From the IMG/VR virus record IMGVR_UViG_3300011969_000080: a stretch of DNA of 64,000 bases. One strand, written 5' to 3'. Positions 37,585 to 46,954 of the stretch are shown one piece after another. A program made the translations under genes and the position numbers. The stretch's first letter is position 1; each line of letters begins with the position of its first letter. Source of the stretch: an uncultured virus (IMG/VR IMGVR_UViG_3300011969_000080). Taxonomy: Duplodnaviria > Heunggongvirae > Uroviricota > Caudoviricetes. Below the pieces are notes generated by a model. It searched no databases. It had not been told where the DNA came from and was given only the letters and a program-made list of their open reading frames with translations.

Positions 37585-38760
37585 ATGGTAGACAACCGGC
37601 AGAACACGTGTGGCGCCCGACGCAGCCGCGGAGGCAGGTGCGGCAGGGCCCTGGCCGCGGACTCTGGCGCACAGTGGTGTTGGCAGCACGTGGCCGGCTG
37701 GCGGGGCACGCCTGCGACGGTCATCAGGACGCTCATCCTCCCGGTTGTACTCCCGGCCGGGGAGGAGCCCCTGCCACAGGTGTGCGTCGCCGGCACAGAG
37801 TTTGAGATCACGCTCACGGGGAAGCCACTAGACGAGGGTGAAGGGTACGCGCTCACCGATCCGGACGGGGTTCGCCTGACCACCAGCTGGTACACGGCTG
37901 TGGATTTGCGCCCCGGTTCCGGCCTTTTGCGTGCGCGCATCACAGCCTACCGCGGGGGCCGTGCGCCCGAGATGCTTGGCGGGGACGGGAGGGAAGCTAT
38001 GTTCCTGGAGGATGGCGCGGGGGGCCTCATCCCAGTGCTGCGTGACAGCACGGACTACCGGGAGGCGGAGAGTGACGCCCTGTGGGCTAACGGCTGGGAC
38101 CCCCGCCTGTACTTCGAGGACGACGCTGTCATTGAGATCCCAGACACACCCTCAGGCTGGGCGGCCGCACGCCTGCGGGTGCTCACCAGGCTTCGCGTGT
38201 ACGCCGACCGCGCACCCGTGACGGTCACCACACCCTACGGGGTGGCCTCCCTGACCGCAAGCGTACCCGACTCGCCGGTGGCCAACCCGCTGCACGTGAT
38301 GGTTCGCGGCGACATTGCGGCCGGACGTCTCACCTACAGGCTGCAGGGCGAGCCGGCCAACGTGGCGGTGAAACGGAAGGACAACGGGCTCAGTGCCACA
38401 CGAAGTATGGGCGACAGGGTTCGCGCCGCTGTTCAGGCCGCGTTCGATACCGATCGCGGTCGCCCGGGGGCCTCCGATCTGCGTGCGCTGTACACGGCTT
38501 ACCGCCCGCTGGAAAGCTGGTGCCACCAGCTGACTATGTGCGCGGAGCAGGGTGTGGACCCGGGCGTGCAGCCATACGCCAAGGACTACCGTCAATCTGC
38601 CTGCGACGCCCTCCTGCGGCTGGGCGCACTCACGTTTCCGGAGAACACCAGCGAGCTAACCGACAGGATGATCCGGAACGGGTTCGACGGGACCGTGCAG
38701 GACCTTTACGGCGCTGTCACAGCCCTGCTCAGCGCACCGGTTGCACCACCGCGGGCGTAG
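37585..38760 (+). CDS. Family A paralog
   Basis: Finger; IEIPDTPSGW; GFDGTVQDLYGAVTALL. Confidence 0.8.
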   Translation: MVDNRQNTCGARRSRGGRCGRALAADSGAQWCWQHVAGWRGTPATVIRTLILPVVLPAGEEPLPQVCVAGTEFEITLTGKPLDEGEGYALTDPDGVRLTTSWYTAVDLRPGSGLLRARITAYRGGRAPEMLGGDGREAMFLEDGAGGLIPVLRDSTDYREAESDALWANGWDPRLYFEDDAVIEIPDTPSGWAAARLRVLTRLRVYADRAPVTVTTPYGVASLTASVPDSPVANPLHVMVRGDIAAGRLTYRLQGEPANVAVKRKDNGLSATRSMGDRVRAAVQAAFDTDRGRPGASDLRALYTAYRPLESWCHQLTMCAEQGVDPGVQPYAKDYRQSACDALLRLGALTFPENTSELTDRMIRNGFDGTVQDLYGAVTALLSAPVAPPRA

Positions 38761-38777
38761 CGCCCACAGTCACACAC

Positions 38778-39914
38778 ATGACCACCGTGACCCGAACGTG
38801 CTACGCGCCCAAGAAGCGGGGTGGCGTGTGCGCCCGCGTGCTCGCCCCGGGAGCACACTGCCCGTACCACTCCGGCCGCTGGGCAAAGCAGTGGACGGGC
38901 CCCGCAGCCGCGCCGGTTCCCCCCGTACTGCCCGTGGTCTCCCACAGCCCCTACCCCGCAGCCCCAGCCACCCCACATGTCACGGTCGGCGGCCAGGACC
39001 TCGCAGTCACGTGGTTCGCGGTAAACGCCTTCCGCCACTACACCCTCACGGACAACAAGGGCCGTCGCTACGACGCGGCGAGGGTGGCGATCGGATCCAC
39101 GGTCACCAACATTCGGGCGGCGCTCCGTCGGCGCAACGACTACGTGCTGGACGAGCGCGGCTGGCTCGCGCTGTTCGTCGAGGACGGCGAAGGCGGGCTG
39201 ACCCAGATCCGGGCGGGCACCCCCGAGTTCCGGGCCGCCGCCAACGAGGCGCTCGCCGAGCGGGGGCTCCCACCTCTGCCGGACGGCACCGAGAACGTCG
39301 CGGTGCCTGTCGAAATCCCAGCGGACTACCTGTCCCAACGGGATCTGGCGGCCTCGCTGCGTTCCCGGCTTGACGCGCTCACCTACGGGGAGCCCGTCAG
39401 GGTGCCGGTCCCCAACTGTGAGCTGTTCGCAGCTGTCCTGGGGGACGACCTTTACACAGCCGTCAACAGCCGCCGCTGGGATGCGCCGCGGTGTGCGGTG
39501 TTCGGGACGGTGACCATCGGCCGGTCCACATACACGGTAGGTGGGGTCCCGGGGGCGTTGTGGGTGCGCAACGAGGCTGGCACGCGCGGTGTGTCCCGAC
39601 GCGCAGCTCAGGCTGTGCGCGACGTCGTAGAAGCGGCTTGGGGGGCGGACGGGGAGCACGCTGAGCTGCGTGACACCGCGGCAGCCTCAGACCTGCTGCG
39701 TCGAGACTCCTCCGAAGGGTGGACCCCAGACGAGGTGCAGCGCGCCGCAGACAGGGCGCGGCCCCACCTGTTGCGCCTCGGGACGATGGACCTGCGCGCC
39801 GACGCCCGAAAGGTCGCCGTGGATGCCTCCGCGACTTTCCCGGGCACCGTTCAGGACCTGCGCGACGTAGCCTGCGCGATCGCGGGCCTACCGGCAGCCC
39901 CTCCGCGGCAGTAG
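38778..39914 (+). CDS. Family A paralog
   Basis: Finger; VEIP; FPGTVQDLRDVA. Confidence 0.8.
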   Translation: MTTVTRTCYAPKKRGGVCARVLAPGAHCPYHSGRWAKQWTGPAAAPVPPVLPVVSHSPYPAAPATPHVTVGGQDLAVTWFAVNAFRHYTLTDNKGRRYDAARVAIGSTVTNIRAALRRRNDYVLDERGWLALFVEDGEGGLTQIRAGTPEFRAAANEALAERGLPPLPDGTENVAVPVEIPADYLSQRDLAASLRSRLDALTYGEPVRVPVPNCELFAAVLGDDLYTAVNSRRWDAPRCAVFGTVTIGRSTYTVGGVPGALWVRNEAGTRGVSRRAAQAVRDVVEAAWGADGEHAELRDTAAASDLLRRDSSEGWTPDEVQRAADRARPHLLRLGTMDLRADARKVAVDASATFPGTVQDLRDVACAIAGLPAAPPRQ

Positions 39915-39931
39915 CACCCACAGTCCCAGCC

Positions 39932-41107
39932 ATGGCAACCACCGAGAAGCGCACCTGCGGCGCCCCGACCACCCGAGGCGGGCTGTGCGGCCGCCCACTA
40001 CGAAAAGGCACCTTCGGGCGTAACGGCAAGCCCTCGGGGTGCTACTACCACGGCACCCGGTTCACGGGCGGCCAGTGGCGGCCGGGACCTGGGCTTCTGG
40101 TAGCGGGGCGTGGAGCCCCGGTGGTGGCCCTGATTGTTGAGCCCGACGACATTCCCAGCGCCGAGCTGAGCCCACACGTGCAGCTGAACGGTACCGACTT
40201 CGAGATCGTGCCACCCATCCCGGGGCGGGACTTTTTCACACTCCTGGGGCCCAACGGCGGCGCCCACTACGTGCGCCCCATCCTCGAGAAGGGCGTCGGG
40301 CCCGCCCTGCTGTGGGTCAACGACGGCAAGAAGAACCTGTCAGACGAGGACAGGCGGCCGCTGCTGGTCGCCGAGGATGGTGCCGGCGGACTGACGCGGG
40401 TTCGCCGCTTCTCCCCGCAGTGGCGGGCCGCAGTGAATGTGGCCCTCGCGGCCGCGGGCAAGCCCCTGATCCCGGAACCTCCGCGCGCACCCGCCGACGC
40501 CCCACGCCTGGAGATCCCGCTCACGCGCACCGGGTGGCACGACGCCGCCGTAGAACTGCGGGCGCGCCTGGTCACGGCGTCCGACGGCGACCCGGTGACC
40601 CTGGCCACACCGTGCGGAGACCTGTCTGTGGTCGTTCGCGACGACAGCTTCGGGGAGTCTGGGCTGCCGTACACGGCCCTGCTTGAGGTGTCCGGGAAGC
40701 TGACTATCGGCAAGTCCACGTACACGATCTCGGGGGACCCGGCATTCCTGTCGAGGATCCGCAACGAGGCTGGCGACCGGCGCATCTCCCGAGACCGCGA
40801 AGCACAAATCACGGGCATCATCAAGGCCGCCTGGGCGGCTGACGGGGAGCACACCGCTGTGCGTGACTTGGCCGGTGCGGCAGGGGACGCCGACCAGGCC
40901 GACCGCACCCTGGGCGCCGACTGGGACCCGAGCGATACTCGCGACCACGCGGCCCGCGCCAGGGGCCATCTGCTGCAGCTGGGGACGGCGGACCTACCCG
41001 TCAAGGCGCGCGAGTTCGCGCTGGCCTCGATTGAGTCGGGTTTCATTGGCAGCATCCAGGACCTGCGCGACGCAGTCACAGCCCTGTTCACCACACCCGG
41101 TGAGTAA
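39932..41107 (+). CDS. Family A paralog (near-duplicate of 18077)
   Basis: Long identical stretches with 18077; GFIGSIQDLRDAVTALF. Confidence 0.8.
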   Translation: MATTEKRTCGAPTTRGGLCGRPLRKGTFGRNGKPSGCYYHGTRFTGGQWRPGPGLLVAGRGAPVVALIVEPDDIPSAELSPHVQLNGTDFEIVPPIPGRDFFTLLGPNGGAHYVRPILEKGVGPALLWVNDGKKNLSDEDRRPLLVAEDGAGGLTRVRRFSPQWRAAVNVALAAAGKPLIPEPPRAPADAPRLEIPLTRTGWHDAAVELRARLVTASDGDPVTLATPCGDLSVVVRDDSFGESGLPYTALLEVSGKLTIGKSTYTISGDPAFLSRIRNEAGDRRISRDREAQITGIIKAAWAADGEHTAVRDLAGAAGDADQADRTLGADWDPSDTRDHAARARGHLLQLGTADLPVKAREFALASIESGFIGSIQDLRDAVTALFTTPGE

Positions 41108-41181
41108 CGGCCGGACTGGGCGGTAGCACTGTTTGGCGTGGCGGCCGCGCCTGTACCACACCAGCCCCCACAGTTGGCGGT

Positions 41182-42426
41182 ATGACCACCAACGCCCCCA
41201 CGCTTGTCTATGACATCGCCGTGGTGCCCAGCACCAGGAACGACCCCTACCCCACCCTGCTGCCCGCCCCACCGGGCACCTGTGGTGGCATGCTGTACGG
41301 CCAGTACTGTGGCGGCACCTTGTACGACGGAGCCGCAAGGTGTAACCACATCCACTGCCGGCCCGCCGGTGGCTGGTGTGGCAACGGGCCCGACGGGTGC
41401 CCAAATCGCGCGGCGCGCCAACACACTGTCTGCGCTGTCTGCGCCGCTAGGGCAGCTGACCGAGCGAGGGACGTTGCCGAGAGCAACTCCGAGTGGGTCC
41501 CTCGCCACATCAGGCTGCTTGCAGAGGCCGCGGCCACCGCGCCGCTGCTCCCCACGGCCGCGCACCTCCGGTCCGCGGGCACCGCCCTCCACTTGAGCCC
41601 CACCAGGGCCGCAGCTGCAGCTGCCGGCCTCGGCACCATACTCGTGGCCGGCGCGGCGGTCGTGGGATCGCCTGTGGCTGAGGCCCTGGGTGCGGTACTT
41701 CTCGTAGGGGGCTCAGCCACTATCGCCGGTGACATGGTTAGGGGGCCGGCCACGAGGGCGACGGCGGGGGTAGCGGCGGCCGTAGCCGCTGTGCGTAGCA
41801 GGGTGGTCTCGGCCCCGCCCCCTGAGCCCGTCGTGGAGATCCCACCCACCCGCGACGGGTGGTATGACGTGGCCGCAGAGCTGCGGGCACGGGTAGTCGC
41901 TCGGGCAGCGCAGGGCCCGGCGACCCTGCACACCACGGCCGGCGACCTGTCCGTGGCGATGAGCACTAAGTACGGCGCCCTGCTAGAGGTATCGGGGGAA
42001 CTGACCGTTGACGGGGCCACGTACACGATCATGGGATGTCCGCCACGAGATCTCCGCATACGGAATGCGGCGGGCGACGTGCTGACCGCCCGAGATGCGC
42101 TGTGGGACGCCCCCGCGGCCGTCGTCTTTGCGGCGTGGGACATTGAGGGGGAACACGACGAAATGCTCATGCTGGCCGCGGCGTCGCGGGCCACTACACA
42201 CCTCGGCGTCGACTCACACGGCAAACCGGAGGGCCCATGGGTGCAGAAAGAAGCAGTGAAGGCCAGTTTCTGCCTGCGGGCCTACGCGGCCGAGCGCATA
42301 CGCGATCACGGCGCCCGTGAGGTCGCCCGGACCCTGGTGGCAGACGGCTTCACCGGCACCGTGGAGGAGCTCCTGGCTATCACCGAGGCGACCGCCGCCA
42401 GCCCACCCTCCCCGCGCGGCAAGTAA
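41182..42426 (+). CDS. Family A paralog with a Cys-rich N-terminus and hydrophobic segment
   Basis: VEIPPTRDGW; GFTGTVEELLAI. Confidence 0.78.
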   Translation: MTTNAPTLVYDIAVVPSTRNDPYPTLLPAPPGTCGGMLYGQYCGGTLYDGAARCNHIHCRPAGGWCGNGPDGCPNRAARQHTVCAVCAARAADRARDVAESNSEWVPRHIRLLAEAAATAPLLPTAAHLRSAGTALHLSPTRAAAAAAGLGTILVAGAAVVGSPVAEALGAVLLVGGSATIAGDMVRGPATRATAGVAAAVAAVRSRVVSAPPPEPVVEIPPTRDGWYDVAAELRARVVARAAQGPATLHTTAGDLSVAMSTKYGALLEVSGELTVDGATYTIMGCPPRDLRIRNAAGDVLTARDALWDAPAAVVFAAWDIEGEHDEMLMLAAASRATTHLGVDSHGKPEGPWVQKEAVKASFCLRAYAAERIRDHGAREVARTLVADGFTGTVEELLAITEATAASPPSPRGK

Positions 42427-42475
42427 CCGACGGGCTGGCCTTCCCCGCCAGCCCGTAGCGCCCACGGTGTCCAGC

Positions 42476-44170
42476 ATGGCCACACGTACGCAGCGAACCT
42501 GCAAACTGCCCACCACCCGCAACGGCGAATGCGGACGCCCACTCGCGCCCGGCAAGGGATGCTTCTACCACGGGTACAGCGGGGCTACGGCAGCGCCAAC
42601 ACGACCTGGGCGCACACCGCTCGCGGCCCCGGTCGTGGCGCTCGCGGCCGTGGACGACATCCCCAGCGCGGCGGACAGCCCGCACCTGACCGTGGACGGC
42701 GCCGAGTTTGAGGTGGTGCAGAACCGCCCCACTGGCCGTGCCCGCTGGCGGGGCCCCTCCTACACCCTCATTGGCCCGCGAGGCAAAACGTATGACACCG
42801 TGAGGCTGCGGGAAAGGGGGATCACCACCCAGCTCATGATCCCCCGCTCAAACGCAGGCCACCTGTTCGATGAGAACGGGGAGAGCACCCTGCTGCACGC
42901 CGACGAGGCGGGCGGACTAAGCTGCGTGCTGCGCGGGTCCCCCCAGTGGCGCGCCGCCGTGAATGAGGCGCTGGTCGCCGCCGGCAAGCTGCCGCTGCCC
43001 ACTCCGGGGGAACTGGGCGTGGGGTTCCCAATCATTGAGATCCCACGCCAGCGGTCCGGTTGGAAGTACGTCGTGGAGGACCTGGACGCCCACCTGACCG
43101 CGCGGTCCACATGGGCCCCCACCCAGCTGGCTACGCCCTACGGGACCCTACTGCTGGCGGCGGTCACACCTCACGGCAGCTCGTCATTCCAAGGTGTAGC
43201 GGTGTCCGGGGAGCTGACCCTGGGCGGACGCACGTACACGGTCGCCGGGGACCTGATGCGCATGAGCGGCGCACTGCTGCAGGTGTCGGGCAACCAGCCC
43301 GTACCCACGGGCACAGAGCAGGAGGTCCGCAGGGCTATCCTTGCAGCCCTGGACGACGACGGCCCCCACGTCGAGCTGTGGGACCTGGTGCGCGCCCGCG
43401 AAGCCGCCGGCGTACTGACAGGCCCAGACGAGTGGAGTACCTCCTGGGCTACCCACGCACGGGAGCGGCTGCTGCTGCTCAGCACCCACGCCCTGCCCGT
43501 CGCAGGCGAGCGCGCCGTGGCCCGGGCGTGGGCCACGGCCGGGTTCACCGGCAACGTTCAGGAACTTCATGCCACCACCGCGCAGATGGCGAAGCTGCCA
43601 CCGGCTGCGCAAACAGCGGCCATGCGCATGGCCGCAGCCGGCATCAAGGCCACCCCCGACGTCCTGCTCGACCTGGCGGGCACCACGCCGACCGGCGTGC
43701 TCCAGGTGGCCGTGAGCCTGGTCGAGGCGGGGGTAACGAGCCGCCCCCGGGAGCTGCTCGGAGCGGCCCGCGACCTTCCGGAGGCACTCCGTCCCGCCGC
43801 CCTGGCGCTCCTTAAGGCGGGCGTCAGGCCCACCCCCCGGCAGCTGCTCGGGCTGACACGGGACCTGTCCCCGGCAGCACGCCGGACGGCCCTGAACCTG
43901 CGCAAAGCGGGCCTGTACTGGGCCACCCCCGACGAGCTACGCGTTGTGGCCCGGGACCTGCCCGCGAACGCGCGGAAGGTGGCCGGGGACCTTCTCAGGG
44001 CGGGCCTCTTTGCAACACCGGACGAGCTGCTCGCTGTGGCCCGTGACCTGCCAGTGGGCGCCCGTGAGACGGCGCTGCTACTGGTGCGCAGCGGCTACAC
44101 AGGCCCCGTCAAGGACTTGCCGGGCGTCGCCAGCGCCCTCTCCGCCCCGCGGGCAGCCACGCGGCGGTAG
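42476..44170 (+). CDS. Family A paralog with about 7 tandem C-terminal modules
   Basis: Finger; IEIPRQRSGW; repeats LP..AR..A..L..AG....P.ELL..ARD from about 43493. Confidence 0.82.
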   Translation: MATRTQRTCKLPTTRNGECGRPLAPGKGCFYHGYSGATAAPTRPGRTPLAAPVVALAAVDDIPSAADSPHLTVDGAEFEVVQNRPTGRARWRGPSYTLIGPRGKTYDTVRLRERGITTQLMIPRSNAGHLFDENGESTLLHADEAGGLSCVLRGSPQWRAAVNEALVAAGKLPLPTPGELGVGFPIIEIPRQRSGWKYVVEDLDAHLTARSTWAPTQLATPYGTLLLAAVTPHGSSSFQGVAVSGELTLGGRTYTVAGDLMRMSGALLQVSGNQPVPTGTEQEVRRAILAALDDDGPHVELWDLVRAREAAGVLTGPDEWSTSWATHARERLLLLSTHALPVAGERAVARAWATAGFTGNVQELHATTAQMAKLPPAAQTAAMRMAAAGIKATPDVLLDLAGTTPTGVLQVAVSLVEAGVTSRPRELLGAARDLPEALRPAALALLKAGVRPTPRQLLGLTRDLSPAARRTALNLRKAGLYWATPDELRVVARDLPANARKVAGDLLRAGLFATPDELLAVARDLPVGARETALLLVRSGYTGPVKDLPGVASALSAPRAATRR

Positions 44171-44330
44171 GCAGGCCGTCGTTAGGACTGGTGTACTAAC
44201 GACCGGAATAGCCCCGCCTGGCGCTAGCGGGTGCCACGCTTCGCCCTACGCGGGCGTATAACGCCGGGTTATCAACACCCGGAGGCTTAGTGGTAGTGGC
44301 CGCAGCACGCCGGCGCCCACAGTGACCGCC

Positions 44331-45122
44331 ATGGATACCCACGTTTGCGCCAGCGATAAGGTCGATGGCAGCCCCTGCACCAAGCCCATCCTCGATCCGG
44401 CGGTGCTGTACTGCGTTGACCACCGGGGTGGGCGCGCAATTCCGCGCCCCTCAAACATGGGCCCGCGACGCAGCGGGGCGCCAGTGCCGGTGGCAGCAGC
44501 CGGCACCCCCGGGTGGGCCGTGTCCGAGGACAACCGTGTCGAAGTCCCTCGCACGCCTGAGGAATGGCAGGAGGCCACCGACGACCTCGTGTACCTCATG
44601 GATGTGTGCGCCCGGGAGCGGACGCTGACGCCCTTCCCCACGCGGGCTGGTGCCCTGCGCGCACTGGCGGTGCCCAACACGGGCAGGTCGGAGGACTACC
44701 CGTTCGACGTAGAGGTGGTCGGCACGCTCGCCCTCGGTAAGCACCCCCGCGACGTCAGCGGATCCTACCGTTACATCACTGTCAAGGACAGGCACAAGAA
44801 GCCCGTACACCCCAAGGAGGCTGCCACGTTCCGCAGCGTTGTGCGCGACGCGTGGGAGGCCGACGGGCCACACACCCCGCTGCACGACCTGCACAACGCC
44901 CTAGACGCGTGCCTGCGCTACACCACTTCCGGTGGCAGTGAGACCGCCGCGCGGGACGGCATCCTGCGCTGGGGAACGTCCGACCTGGAGGGGCTGGACC
45001 GCACTGTCGCACTCGAGATGATCGCGGAGGGCTTTGACGGCACCGTCCGGGAGCTGCGAGACGCCGCCATGGCGACCGCTGACGCGCGACAGGACGCCGT
45101 CGAGGCCACCACCGGTGAGTAG
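44331..45122 (+). CDS. Family A paralog
   Basis: Finger; VEVPRTPEEW; GFDGTVRELRDAA. Confidence 0.8.
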   Translation: MDTHVCASDKVDGSPCTKPILDPAVLYCVDHRGGRAIPRPSNMGPRRSGAPVPVAAAGTPGWAVSEDNRVEVPRTPEEWQEATDDLVYLMDVCARERTLTPFPTRAGALRALAVPNTGRSEDYPFDVEVVGTLALGKHPRDVSGSYRYITVKDRHKKPVHPKEAATFRSVVRDAWEADGPHTPLHDLHNALDACLRYTTSGGSETAARDGILRWGTSDLEGLDRTVALEMIAEGFDGTVRELRDAAMATADARQDAVEATTGE

Positions 45123-45195
45123 GGTGCGCCCTCTTGCCTTTTGCGGGGTCGCGCGCACGGTGCCGGGCAGAACCTAGATTCAGGAAGGATGAGCC

Positions 45196-46017
45196 ATGGC
45201 ACACACCGACCAAGCCAGCCTGGCGGCAGCTGTCGCAACACTGGACGCCGCGATCGCGCGGGCGTTTGCTGGCGGGCACACCGGAACCCTGAGAGCCGTA
45301 GACCGCTGCGACAGGTGTGGCGCCCAGGCGTACGTGCGCGCACAGACTGCTACCGGCCTTGAGCTGCTGTTCTGCGCCCACCACTTCCACGCCAGCGAAC
45401 TTGCGCTCATCAACCAGGGTGCCACCGTGACCGTGAACGAGTGCCACCTGCTCACCCCGCAGGCGTACACCTACCAGACTTTGCCGGAAGAGGCCCGCGC
45501 AACCATTCGAAGCGCGTTCCGCGCCGGACGCGGGGAGTTCCGTGCCGAACCCGAACCCACGCGCGGCGCCGTGACCCTCATGACGTACACGCTGGCCGGG
45601 TTCGGCCTGGGCGCGGTCAGCCCGTGCTACTCCTGCGGCCCCGGCCTGACGGGGGCAGTGTCCCTTCACGGACAGGTCTGTGGGCAGGACCTGCACCCGG
45701 TCGGCCCGGGGGCACCCGCCGGCACCGCGGTCCTTCCAGAGTTCCCGGCCCTCCTCGAGGAGCACGGGGCCCGCATCACGATCGGGATGACCAGCATCAA
45801 CAGGGTCGTGGTTGCGTGGGCTGACGAGCTCGGCGCGGACATTCCGGCCGATGACACCCGCCGGCTGGTGCGCGGCCAGTACGAGTACGCCATCGGCACT
45901 TTCGTCAAGGCGCTGATCTCCGACCTCGAAGCCGGGGTCGGCCAGGTCTGGGCGTCCTACAACAGCGACGCGTTCGTCGACAACGCAATGGCCACCTACC
46001 TCGCCCAGCGTGCCTGA
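45196..46017 (+). CDS. Protein with an actinobacterial DRCDRCGAQAYV..LLFCxHH Zn-binding domain; paralog of 46955
   Basis: CxxC...CxHH motif; RBS; promoter 45134-45161. Confidence 0.75.
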   Translation: MAHTDQASLAAAVATLDAAIARAFAGGHTGTLRAVDRCDRCGAQAYVRAQTATGLELLFCAHHFHASELALINQGATVTVNECHLLTPQAYTYQTLPEEARATIRSAFRAGRGEFRAEPEPTRGAVTLMTYTLAGFGLGAVSPCYSCGPGLTGAVSLHGQVCGQDLHPVGPGAPAGTAVLPEFPALLEEHGARITIGMTSINRVVVAWADELGADIPADDTRRLVRGQYEYAIGTFVKALISDLEAGVGQVWASYNSDAFVDNAMATYLAQRA

Positions 46018-46462
46018 CGTGCCGCCCGCCCGACGCCGCGCAGTCCGGCTCACCCCGCCAGAGGCGCTGGCCGCCTGGTCGGCCGCGCAGGACGTGCTGG
46101 CCGCAGTCCAGCAGTCCCGCTACGACAACTTCAAGACCGCCATCGCCGTGTACGACGCGGTCGGCGACATAGGCCGTGACGGCCTGGCCCGCGCAGCTCA
46201 GGAGTACAGCGACGCGCGAGCCGTGTACGTCCATGGTGCGGATGCCTGGGCTGTCCGCGATGCCGGACGCGAGGTCGACGCAGCTCACGCAGCAGCCGTG
46301 GCCGCCTACGAGCGCACCGAAGCCCCGGCACTGGCTGAGAGGTTCGCGGAACTCACCCCCACCCGCCGTGGCGACGCCGTCGAGATTGAGGCCGCCCTGG
46401 CGAAGCCCCAGGTCGCCGTGCCTGCTGTCACACCGTACCGGCCCCGCCGGAAGAGGGCCTGA
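46010..46462 (+). CDS. Outlying family B-like helical protein
   Basis: LTPPEALAAW N-terminal motif; IEAALAKP near the C-terminus. Confidence 0.6.
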   Translation: MPDVPPARRRAVRLTPPEALAAWSAAQDVLAAVQQSRYDNFKTAIAVYDAVGDIGRDGLARAAQEYSDARAVYVHGADAWAVRDAGREVDAAHAAAVAAYERTEAPALAERFAELTPTRRGDAVEIEAALAKPQVAVPAVTPYRPRRKRA

Positions 46463-46573
46463 CCCGGGGCTACCCCCTGACGATCTCGGCCCCCGCAGGC
46501 CTTGCGTTCCTGCTTTCGCGCCAAAGGTTCCAGGTACCCGCCGGAACCACCTCCGGGTACTTATCGGGAAGGT

Positions 46574-46732
46574 ATGAAGCCAATGTTGTGCCCCCACTGC
46601 AACAAGGAGATCGTCCACATCAGGGCGCACTGCCCGAACACGCCCGGCAACACCTGCGGCGCCATCGTCCACCAGAGCTGCGGCGGAACCGTAGACCCGC
46701 GCAACGCGAGCAAGGCACCCTCGGGGCATTGA
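46574..46732 (+). CDS. Small Cys-rich (Zn-ribbon-like) protein
   Basis: CPHC..HC..C..H..C; RBS; followed by a hairpin. Confidence 0.55.
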   Translation: MKPMLCPHCNKEIVHIRAHCPNTPGNTCGAIVHQSCGGTVDPRNASKAPSGH

Positions 46733-46763
46733 GCCCCGAAGTGACCCGCCCGTCCGAACCCAC

Positions 46764-46797
46764 GGCAGCCCCGGAGACCCTCTCCGGGGCTGCTGCT
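46764..46797 (+). terminator. GC-rich hairpin, probable terminator
   Basis: GCAGCCCCGGAGA-CCC-TCTCCGGGGCTGC. Confidence 0.6.
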
Positions 46798-46954
46798 TCG
46801 CTGTGCCAGCCCCCGTTTAGACAGTTTTAGACCCTTTAGAGAGGCTCACCCACGGGCCGGCGCCGGCAGCTTCGGCGACACGCCGCAGTGGCCTTGCGGT
46901 CCGCGCACTGGCGCCCACAGTTCAGGACGTAACCCCCACTCAGAAGGGAACGTC

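Noticed and set aside
18056..45122. CRISPR array or classical integron
   Set aside because: The repeated motif is only about 14 nt and separates whole genes; there are no cas genes, no attC-type palindromes and no integrase in the window
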